Shown: positions 17,224-24,648 of the stretch, one piece after another | Numbering within the stretch: the stretch's first letter is position 1 | Layout: every line of letters begins with the position of its first letter | Virus record (IMG/VR): IMGVR_UViG_3300011439_000034 | Location: 1-31,728 of that record | Direction: 5' to 3' (one strand) | DNA: 31,728 nucleotides | From: a virus | Taxonomy: Duplodnaviria; Caudoviricetes | Position numbers and translations under genes: made by a program | Notes under the pieces: model-generated | Databases searched by the model: none | Told to the model about the DNA's origin: nothing | What the model saw: only the letters and a program-made list of their open reading frames with translations

Positions 17224-17365
17224 CGCCCACCCCACCGATCGTAGTTGCTACTCGTGCGACTACGAGATGGCCGGCTGCTGCGCCAACAATCAGCACATGG
17301 AGATCCCGCTCCCATTTCGCAGCAAGGGTTGCGACCAGTGGAAGGACGAGGGAGCCCCCTTCTAG
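17207..17365 (+). CDS. small Cys-rich protein ending in acidic-PF
   Basis: MKLHF..CYSC..CC..IP..GCDQW..PF; overlaps the helicase end. Confidence 0.65.
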   Translation: MKLHFDAHPTDRSCYSCDYEMAGCCANNQHMEIPLPFRSKGCDQWKDEGAPF

Positions 17366-17483
17366 AGTTCCCCACAGGCTCTCCACATCTCCACACGACC
17401 AGAAACCAACTTGAGCGTTGGATCGCCCCGATGGGGACGGGCATCATGCCCTGGTGGCATCCCGCACTCAACGAAGGTCCCCC

Positions 17484-19130
17484 ATGAACGAGAACATCCT
17501 GGTGGTGGTTGCGGACGACATCGGAGCCGACGCGATTCGCGCCTACGACGCTGTCAACATTGGATACGAGACGACGCTCTCCGCTCAGGACCTCGAGGAC
17601 CTCGGGATCTACGCTGCAATGCCAAACCTGGAGGAGTTTGCGGGCGCGTCGATCAAGTTCCACAACGCGCGCGTGAATCCATTATGCGGCCCGACGCGCG
17701 CCGGTCTCTACTCGGGCCGCTACAGCTCACGCACGGGCGTCGGCCATCTCGTGACGAAGGGAAACGCCGGCGATGGCCTGTGCGAGTTCGGCGTCGACGT
17801 CGCGGTCGAGGGCGACCCGCGCTACGTTCCCAGGCGCGAGTACGTGCTCGCCGAGTTCGCCGCGGCCGCAGGCTACCGTTCGGCCTTCTTCGGCAAGTGG
17901 CACCTCGCGTTGATGGGGGTCGATCCAAGCGTCGATTCGAAGAACGTGGCCGAGCTCGTGACGCTCCCGAACGGCTGGATCCAGCCTCCCTCGGGCTGGG
18001 CCCATCTCGATATCGTCGGTCGGTGGGACCACTGGTTTGCGGTGCAGCGCTCGATCGGCTCGCCCCCCCAGCCCTACGACGGCAACTTGGCGAGCGGCTC
18101 CTACGGCGTGCCGAGCGCGCAGGGAGAGAACGGCGGATGGTACGGGCGCGAGAAGGGCGACCTCACGACGACGCTCTACAACGGCCCCGAGCAGTACGCG
18201 GACAAGGTGAAGATCGCGAAAGCGCTCGCTTGGATGAACGATCCCGCGAACCAGCCGTGGGTCTGCGTCATCTGTCTCCACCAGCCGCACGCGCCGTTTC
18301 ACGATCCGCGTCCGGCCGGCTACTCGGTGCGCCCGGTCTACACCAACCTCTTCGACGCTGGACAAACGAACGCGGTGCTCGCGTGGGCGCTCTACGGTGG
18401 CATGCGCGAGGCGTTCGACCAGGACTTCGGGAACCTGATCAACGGACTCGATCCGGCGATTCGCGCGAACACGATGATCCTTGCGACGGGCGACAACGGG
18501 TGCGAGCCGGGGATCATGCTGGGGGCGGCCGAGCTCTACGACGACAACGGCGAGCCGGTCGTCGCGTACTACCAGCAGAACACCGGCGCGAAGGGATCGA
18601 TCTACGATCCGGGCGTGCGCGTTCCACTCTTCGTGCAGGGCCCGCTCTGCGTCGGAGCGCCGCGCACGAGCCAGGCGCTCGTCGACGTGCACGTGGACCT
18701 CCTGAGAACGTGCATCGACATCATGGGCGGAAGCTACAGCGCCGTCGCCGGCGCGCAGCCCTGCGACTCGGTGAGCTTCCTGCCGCTGCTCCAGGACCCA
18801 GGCCTTGGACTTCCGACGCACGCACGCAAGGCGCACTTCCACGAGCTCTTCACGAAGAACGGCTTTCCGGCGGCAGCCACGTCGCGCGAGCGCGCGTACG
18901 TGCGCATCCTGCGACTGCCGGAGGTATCGCTCGCGCCCGGTCTCTACAAGCTGATTCGACGGCTCCAGGGCGGCGTCGACGTCGAGGAGTTCTACCGAAT
19001 GGGCAACTCGAGCGCGGCCCCGCAGTCCGCCGACTACCTGGAGCAGACGAACCTCATCGGCAACACGCGAGCGTCACAGCATCTCGCGATCTGCCGCGCC
19101 GAGATGGACGCACTGATCGCTAGCTTCTGA
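17484..19130 (+). CDS. formylglycine-dependent (type I) sulfatase, no signal peptide
   Basis: NILVVVADD, MPNL, LCGPTRAGLYSGR (CxPxR), GKWHL, PHAPFH, TGDNG and KGSIYDPGVRVPL; GAAGG RBS before ATG 17484. Confidence 0.93.
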   Translation: MNENILVVVADDIGADAIRAYDAVNIGYETTLSAQDLEDLGIYAAMPNLEEFAGASIKFHNARVNPLCGPTRAGLYSGRYSSRTGVGHLVTKGNAGDGLCEFGVDVAVEGDPRYVPRREYVLAEFAAAAGYRSAFFGKWHLALMGVDPSVDSKNVAELVTLPNGWIQPPSGWAHLDIVGRWDHWFAVQRSIGSPPQPYDGNLASGSYGVPSAQGENGGWYGREKGDLTTTLYNGPEQYADKVKIAKALAWMNDPANQPWVCVICLHQPHAPFHDPRPAGYSVRPVYTNLFDAGQTNAVLAWALYGGMREAFDQDFGNLINGLDPAIRANTMILATGDNGCEPGIMLGAAELYDDNGEPVVAYYQQNTGAKGSIYDPGVRVPLFVQGPLCVGAPRTSQALVDVHVDLLRTCIDIMGGSYSAVAGAQPCDSVSFLPLLQDPGLGLPTHARKAHFHELFTKNGFPAAATSRERAYVRILRLPEVSLAPGLYKLIRRLQGGVDVEEFYRMGNSSAAPQSADYLEQTNLIGNTRASQHLAICRAEMDALIASF

Positions 19131-19146
19131 GCCAAGCGATCCTCCG

Positions 19147-21759
19147 GTGCACGCAGAGGCGCGGGACTACGCCCTGTTCTACGCAGGGCTCGGTTGGCAG
19201 GTATTCCCTGTGCACTCCGTCGTTGACGTCGACCAGTGCACGTGCGGCAACTCCGGTTGCGAGAGCGTAGCGAAGCACCCCATCACGAAGAACGGGCTGA
19301 AGGACGCGACCGACGACGAGGACCAGATCCGCGCGTGGTGGACAAAACATCCCGAGGCGAACATCGGCGTGGCAACCGGCGCGGACTCTTCGATCTGGGT
19401 GGTCGACGTCGACACGAAGGAGAACGGGATTGCCAACTTCGCCGCGCTCCCCGGTTCTCGCGATCTCGTGACGGTCGAGCAGGTAACGGGCTCTGGCGGG
19501 CGGCACCTGATCTTCGCGTGGAACGCCGATCTCGAGCCCAGGAACAAGATCGACGTCATTCCAGGCGTCGACGTGCGTGGCGAGGGCGGTTACATCATCG
19601 TGCCGCCCTCGCGCCATGTCTCGGGCGGGACGTACGCGTGGGTCGAGGATCGCGACCCGGGTATGATGATCCCCGCGGTCGCGCCCGACTGGGTGCTCGA
19701 GCTTGCACTGGGAGAACGGTCGAGCTCTGTAGCTGACTCCCCCCCGCGCGCGGCCGCACTCTCCAGCACGATTCTGATGGGAGCGCTGCCACCACGCGAG
19801 GTGCGCTCCATTCGATCGGCGCTCGCGTCGATCTCGCCCGACTGCGACCACGAGACTTGGTACCGCATCGGGATGGCGCTGCAGTCGACGAACGCAGGCG
19901 ACCAGGCCTTCTCGCTCTGGGACGAGTGGAGCTCGCGCGCGACACGCATGCGCGGCGACGGAAAGCACGCTGTCTACCCAGGTACGCAAGAGCTCCGCCG
20001 GCGCTGGGCATCGTTCGGCCGGCGCGACGAGGAGGTGCAGCTCTCGACGCTCTACTACTTCGCGAAGGACGCCGGTTGGATCGGAGACATCGAGGAGCAG
20101 CGGAACGGCCACGTCGTCGTGACGCTCCAGAATCCTCCGGCGCTCTCCGCGGGTACAGCGATCGGCTGGACGAAACCGGAGTGGATCTGGGGTCGCAGTT
20201 CTCCACCGCCATTCCCCGTCGACTTCGCCTACCCAGAGCGGCTGTGGTGGCTGCGCGAGTGGGTGAAGGCGCTCGCGTGGACGTTTCAGATGCCGGCCGA
20301 CTTCCCCGCGGTCATCTCTGCGTCGATGGCCATGGGTGCGATCGGCGGCAAGTACGAGGTCTCCGTTCCACGCGCGCAGTGGAAGGAGCCGGCGGCGCTC
20401 TGGTTCGTTTGCGCGATGCCCTCTGGGATGGGCAAGTCGCTCGCGTTCGCGCCGCTGATCGCGCCGTTTCGTGAGTTCGAGGCCTCGCTCGACGAGCACC
20501 GCGACCGGGCTGCGTACGAGGCACGCCTGCGCGTGTCCGACATCGTCGTGCGCGGCGCGGAGAAGGATATGCAGGGCAAGGCCCGCGTCGCCTCGCAGGA
20601 CGACACGATTCGCGAGGCGCTGAACGAGCGTCTGACGCAGGCCATGCTCGCGCGCGAGATCGTGATCGCGACGCGCCCGCAATCCGATCGGCTCCTGATC
20701 TCGGACGTCACGAGCGAGGCGCTCGCCGAGTTCCTGGAGGAGCACCACGGCCGCGCGCTCGTAGCCGACCCCGAGGGCGGAGTCTTCGACCACGCGCTCG
20801 GTGGCGCGAATCGCTCGCCGCGACTCGATGTTTGGTTGAAGGCCTACAGCGGCGAGACGATCGACGAGCGCCGTATTGGCAACGCACTGAACCCGCGCTC
20901 GAAGGGTCGCTTCGTGAAGCGCGCGCTCGTCTCGATCGCTGTGGCGACGCAGCCGCAGGCGCTCGGTCCGCTCTTCATGAACGAGATGGCCGGCGCCAAG
21001 GGGTTTCTCGCACGCTTCCTGACGGTGATCGTGCCCCCCGAGCTCCCCGAGGAGTTCGTGCGCGAGGGGCTCCTGCCCCAGGACCTCGCCGGCTTCTGGC
21101 GCTCAAGCATCCTGCGGCTGCTCGGAGGCACGCGCCCGAGCGAGCCGATCGAGGTGCAGCTCTCCGAGGAGGCGCGCGAGCTCTTCGTCACCTGGGGGCA
21201 GGGCGAGCTCGATCACGCGCGCGGGGGTTCTTCGGAGGACGCGGAGAGCTACCTCTCGGCCTGGAACGCGAAGTTTCGCGGCAAGGCGCTGCGGCTCGCG
21301 CTCCTGTTCCACGTGCTCGCGCACGAGCAGCCGGGCTCGCTCCAGATCGGCCCGGAGACCATGGAGGCCGTGCTCGCCTGGCTGCCCTACCTGCGCGCGC
21401 ACAACGACCTCGTGGCCATTGCCCTACGAGACGACCCAGACCTCCTCGCGGCCGAGCGCGTGCTCTCCTGGCTCGACGTGCGCGAGCTCGCCGGGACGGT
21501 CTTCTCCCGGGGGGCCGTCTACAAGGGCCTGAAGGGGGGCAACAGCGCCCCCGTTCGCCGCGTCGATGACCTGAACGGCCCACTCGCGGCCCTGGTCGAC
21601 ACCGGCTGGCTGCGCCCCGTGGGGCGCCCAGAACCGCGCCAGAACGGGCCCCCGTCCGCTCGGCAGTACCTGGCGCATCCCGAGCTCCGAGCGCACCTGG
21701 CGCAACACAGAGCGGCTGAGGCCGAGCTCGGCCGAACCCTCGGACGGATGGGGCTCTGA
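19147..21759 (+). CDS. bifunctional primase/polymerase (Prim-Pol) + PriCT-2 + DUF3987/YfjI-like P-loop domain
   Basis: GWQVFP, CTCG..C..KHP, NIGVATG, VVDVD, TGSGGRHLIF, DVRGEGGYIIVPPS; WYRIGMAL..WDEWS; PSGMGKS; GFLARFL. Confidence 0.92.
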   Translation: MHAEARDYALFYAGLGWQVFPVHSVVDVDQCTCGNSGCESVAKHPITKNGLKDATDDEDQIRAWWTKHPEANIGVATGADSSIWVVDVDTKENGIANFAALPGSRDLVTVEQVTGSGGRHLIFAWNADLEPRNKIDVIPGVDVRGEGGYIIVPPSRHVSGGTYAWVEDRDPGMMIPAVAPDWVLELALGERSSSVADSPPRAAALSSTILMGALPPREVRSIRSALASISPDCDHETWYRIGMALQSTNAGDQAFSLWDEWSSRATRMRGDGKHAVYPGTQELRRRWASFGRRDEEVQLSTLYYFAKDAGWIGDIEEQRNGHVVVTLQNPPALSAGTAIGWTKPEWIWGRSSPPPFPVDFAYPERLWWLREWVKALAWTFQMPADFPAVISASMAMGAIGGKYEVSVPRAQWKEPAALWFVCAMPSGMGKSLAFAPLIAPFREFEASLDEHRDRAAYEARLRVSDIVVRGAEKDMQGKARVASQDDTIREALNERLTQAMLAREIVIATRPQSDRLLISDVTSEALAEFLEEHHGRALVADPEGGVFDHALGGANRSPRLDVWLKAYSGETIDERRIGNALNPRSKGRFVKRALVSIAVATQPQALGPLFMNEMAGAKGFLARFLTVIVPPELPEEFVREGLLPQDLAGFWRSSILRLLGGTRPSEPIEVQLSEEARELFVTWGQGELDHARGGSSEDAESYLSAWNAKFRGKALRLALLFHVLAHEQPGSLQIGPETMEAVLAWLPYLRAHNDLVAIALRDDPDLLAAERVLSWLDVRELAGTVFSRGAVYKGLKGGNSAPVRRVDDLNGPLAALVDTGWLRPVGRPEPRQNGPPSARQYLAHPELRAHLAQHRAAEAELGRTLGRMGL

Positions 21760-21760
21760 A

Positions 21761-21814
21761 CCGTGACCTGGCCGTGACCGGCGCGCGCCGTCCGCGGTCA
21801 CACCGCGGTCACGG
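21761..21814 (+). repeat. two direct CCGTGACC copies facing two inverted GGTCAC copies
   Basis: CCGTGACC at 21761 and 21772; GGTCAC at 21796 and GGTCACGG at 21807. Confidence 0.75.
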
Positions 21815-21840
21815 ACAAGATTGTTCACGAAACGTCAAAA

Positions 21841-22160
21841 ACCTAACAGAACCGAACAGATGCTGAACAGACACCTAACGAAACGGGGGACAGGGGGACG
21901 GAAATCGGCCCCCTCATTTTTAACCCCACCCCCCATTCCTGACCCCAACACCGCCGATTGCCTTATATCGTTAGTATAATAATAAGGAAAAGGATGATGA
22001 TGATTAATACGCGTACGAGGGAGGGGTGGTGTGATTTAACAGGGGGCCCCAGTTTTGTCCCCCTGTCCCCTTTTCTTCGAAAATCGGCCTTCTCGGGCCC
22101 AAGGAGGCCGAAAATAGTGGGGGACGGGCCGTCCCCCTGCCGTCCCCCTCGTCCCCCACT
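21841..22160. other. putative phage replication origin
   Basis: Non-coding region after the primase. AACAGA-type repeats spaced 10-11 bp apart (21841-21882). GGGGACAGGGGGAC (21886-21899) is inverted to 22057-22070 around an AT-rich core (about 21961-22010). Further GGGGGAC/GTCCCCC copies lie at 22119-22157. Confidence 0.7.
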
Positions 22161-22168
22161 GGGGGGTC

Positions 22169-22184
22169 CGTTCCACGTGGAACG
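22169..22184. promoter_or_regulatory. parS: parS-type ParB binding site (CGTTCCACGTGGAACG)
   Basis: Perfect 16-bp palindrome whose inner 14 bp match the bacterial chromosomal parS consensus GTTNCACGTGNAAC; non-coding. Confidence 0.75.
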
Positions 22185-22295
22185 TCGCCCGCGGCGCGCC
22201 GTTGCCCGCCACGCGCGCTGGGCTCGCGCCGGTTGCGCGCGGGCGCCTACCACGCCCCTCCGGTCCTCGCGGCGCGCCCGCCGGACGGTGCGCCC

Positions 22296-22688
22296 GTGAA
22301 GGCCGTCCAGATCGAGGAGCAGCTCCACTGCCTGGGCTACTTCGGCTTCGGCGGTGGGTGGGCCCTGGCCCGGGGGAAGCGCTTCAAGAGCGGGGAGATC
22401 TACTGCTCGAGCGAGTGCCCCCTGCGTGCCCCGTGCTGGGACAAGCACCGCGAGCGGGTCCGCGGCATGGTCGACGCGTGCACAGCCGAGTTCGACGCCC
22501 TCGTGGACGCGTTCGGCGGCGACGGGCGGCGCGCGGTGAAGTACTGGCACGCCATGCACAAGAGCCCCGATCCCTACTCCGCTGTGCTGCTCGGCAACAC
22601 CCAGGACGGCGGCTCTGTCGCAAGTGGCGGCAAGCCCCGCGATCGCGGCGAGTTCACCCTGCAGTGGCCACTCAAGGTGCTTCCGTGA
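22296..22688 (+). CDS. hypothetical protein (C..YC..CP..CW..H)
   Basis: GTG start; GTGA overlap downstream; codon usage like neighbours. Confidence 0.6.
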   Translation: MKAVQIEEQLHCLGYFGFGGGWALARGKRFKSGEIYCSSECPLRAPCWDKHRERVRGMVDACTAEFDALVDAFGGDGRRAVKYWHAMHKSPDPYSAVLLGNTQDGGSVASGGKPRDRGEFTLQWPLKVLP

Positions 22689-23335
22689 GCCGCTCGAACG
22701 GCAAGCGATCGAACGACGAGTCGAAACCGCTCTCCGTGCCAGCGGACAAGCGAGCACCGGGCACCGGGCTCCCCCGCCACAGCCGGGCGCGTGATCAGCA
22801 GGCCGATCCCAAGCGTGGAAGGCTCTGGGCTTGGCACCACGTCCACCCCGAGCCAGTGCCGATCTGGGGCACTTTCCCACGCGGATTTCTCGAGTTCTGC
22901 CTCCGCGAGCTCAGGGCAAAGCGCAGCGAGGTCCTGCACGCGTGCTCGGGCGCTCTCGACGCGTCCGTAGGCGGGGTACGGCTCGATCTGCGCATCGAGG
23001 CCCGGCCCGACGTCGTGGGAGACGCTCGCGCGCTCCCCTTTCGCGACGCGTGCTTCGCTGGCGTGCTCATCGACCCGCCCTGGTCAGTCGAGTACGCCCG
23101 CGACCTCTACGGCACCGGCTACCCACGCCCGGCCCACCTCCTGCGCGAAGCCGCTCGCGTGGTGCGCCCAGGTGGCCGCATCGGGTTCGTCCACTTCCTC
23201 GTGCCGAATCCTCCGCGCGGCTGCCGCCTGGTGCGCGTCTTTGGCATCACCCAGGGCTGCGGATACCGCATCCGCGCGCTCTCGATTTTCGAGCGCCCCC
23301 AGCTTGGGCTCTTCGACGAAAGGCCACGCCCGTGA
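22685..23335 (+). CDS. small SAM-dependent (probably DNA N6A/N4C) methyltransferase
   Basis: VLHACSG (motif I-like), PDVVGDARALPF, IDPPW (motif IV) and RVVRPGG; C-terminal QLGLF. Confidence 0.8.
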   Translation: MSRSNGKRSNDESKPLSVPADKRAPGTGLPRHSRARDQQADPKRGRLWAWHHVHPEPVPIWGTFPRGFLEFCLRELRAKRSEVLHACSGALDASVGGVRLDLRIEARPDVVGDARALPFRDACFAGVLIDPPWSVEYARDLYGTGYPRPAHLLREAARVVRPGGRIGFVHFLVPNPPRGCRLVRVFGITQGCGYRIRALSIFERPQLGLFDERPRP

Positions 23336-24018
23336 GCCGCTTCGACATCCCCGGCCAGTGCACGCACTGTCGCACGAGGACCTATCTCGACGCCCCCTGT
23401 GGGCTCTGCCAGCCGTGTAAGCAGGCACTCTTCGATGCAGTCAGTGGTGAGGCGAATCCGGAGCAGTTCCGCGTCGGATTCGAGGCGGCAACTGTCCACC
23501 AGGCGATGCGGATGCGGCTGCTCAACTGGGTGCCATTGAGCAGTTGCGGTCCCTTCGAGTTCCACGTCGAGGGCGACCCCGTCGGCGAGCCGCGGCCGCA
23601 CCCCTCGCGCGCCGGCGGCAAGATCAGCATGCACCGCGATGCTCGAGCGACCCCCTGGAAGAAGGCCGTGCGCAAGGCAGCCCTCGCGCAGCTTGGGATC
23701 CCCACCCCACCGCGCGTGCCGATCTTCGCCGAGCGCGCTCCCGTGCTCGCTCTAATGACCTTCGAGCTCCCCCGACCCGTCGGCCAGTGGAGGAGCCGGA
23801 CCGAGCTCCGCGCCGACGCACCAAAGCACCCGACTGGCAAGCCCGACCCGGACAACCTCGGGAAGGCCGTCCTCGATGCGCTTGGCGGTTGGCCGAAGGG
23901 CGCCGATCCGATCGCCTGGTTCGACGACGCCCAGGTGGTGGCGCTTCTCACGCGCAAGGTCTACTGTTCGCACGAAAGCAAACCCGGTGCGCTGGTCGCG
24001 CTGTACCTCCTCGACTGA
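23332..24018 (+). CDS. rusA: RusA family Holliday junction resolvase with N-terminal Cys-rich extension
   Basis: VEGDPVGEPRP, KPDPDNLGKAVLDAL and WFDDAQVV catalytic Asp pattern. Confidence 0.88.
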   Translation: MSRFDIPGQCTHCRTRTYLDAPCGLCQPCKQALFDAVSGEANPEQFRVGFEAATVHQAMRMRLLNWVPLSSCGPFEFHVEGDPVGEPRPHPSRAGGKISMHRDARATPWKKAVRKAALAQLGIPTPPRVPIFAERAPVLALMTFELPRPVGQWRSRTELRADAPKHPTGKPDPDNLGKAVLDALGGWPKGADPIAWFDDAQVVALLTRKVYCSHESKPGALVALYLLD

Positions 24019-24019
24019 C

Positions 24020-24241
24020 ATGAAAGCCCTCTTCGTCCACGGATACTTTCGGTTGCCGGACGACTTCGCCGGCACGTGCGCCGACGCGCTTCGCTTGTTC
24101 GCAAACCACGAAGAGGAGACGCCCGATCCGCCGGAGGGAAGTCCGATGCGCACGACCGAACCGCCAACTCGCGAGCGAGCACGGACGGCGTTCGAGCGTG
24201 GCAACAAGATGATCGCAGGGCTCGACATCGTCACTCTCTGA
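24020..24241 (+). CDS. hypothetical protein
   Basis: ATG 1 bp after the rusA stop. Confidence 0.55.
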   Translation: MKALFVHGYFRLPDDFAGTCADALRLFANHEEETPDPPEGSPMRTTEPPTRERARTAFERGNKMIAGLDIVTL

Positions 24242-24263
24242 TCCTTTCACCTAGAAAAACCCA

Positions 24264-24488
24264 ATGCCCGTCTACGACGACGACGCACGACGCGCGCGAA
24301 TCGAGGATCTCGAGGAGGACACGCGCGACGTTCGCATGGCACTCGAAATCCAGAAAGGCTTGTCGCCACGCGAGCTCGAGTTCGTGTATTCGATTGGCCG
24401 TTGGGTGCTCGATCAGAAGAGGGTGCTCACCGAGAAGCAGCGGAACTGGCTTGACAGCATCCTCGACAAACACGTCTTCCGGGAGTGA
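24264..24488 (+). CDS. hypothetical protein (LS..E.EFV.SI..LTEKQ..WL..I)
   Basis: Motif pattern resembles a small phage protein family. Confidence 0.65.
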   Translation: MPVYDDDARRARIEDLEEDTRDVRMALEIQKGLSPRELEFVYSIGRWVLDQKRVLTEKQRNWLDSILDKHVFRE

Positions 24489-24491
24489 CGA

Positions 24492-24644
24492 GTGAAGACG
24501 TGCCTGCGATGCAAGCGACGGATCAATTACGCAGCCTGGTGGTGTTGGACTTGCCAGTGGTGGTGGTGCTCCGATTGCTGGGGAGACCTCACGGGGAAGA
24601 CGTCCGGCTGGTACTGCCCAGAACACCGCGTGATGGCTAGGTAG
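24492..24644 (+). CDS. 50-aa Cys/Trp-rich zinc-finger microprotein (not in the ORF track)
   Basis: GGGAG RBS, GTG start; MKTCLRCKRRINYAAWWCWTCQWWWCSDCWGDLTGKTSGWYCPEHRVMAR; fills the gap exactly. Confidence 0.65.
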   Translation: MKTCLRCKRRINYAAWWCWTCQWWWCSDCWGDLTGKTSGWYCPEHRVMAR

Positions 24645-24648
24645 CTAG

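Noticed and set aside
17411-19123. 570-aa alternative + frame ORF overlapping the sulfatase, and similar Arg-rich frames elsewhere
   Set aside because: Arg/Ala/Pro-rich composition typical of off-frame translation at high GC3.
21958-22299. 113-aa ORF (MPYIVSIII..) and a TATAAT promoter in the origin region
   Set aside because: The ORF runs through repeats with atypical composition; TATAAT at 21975 lacks a properly spaced -35 and is better explained as the AT-rich core.
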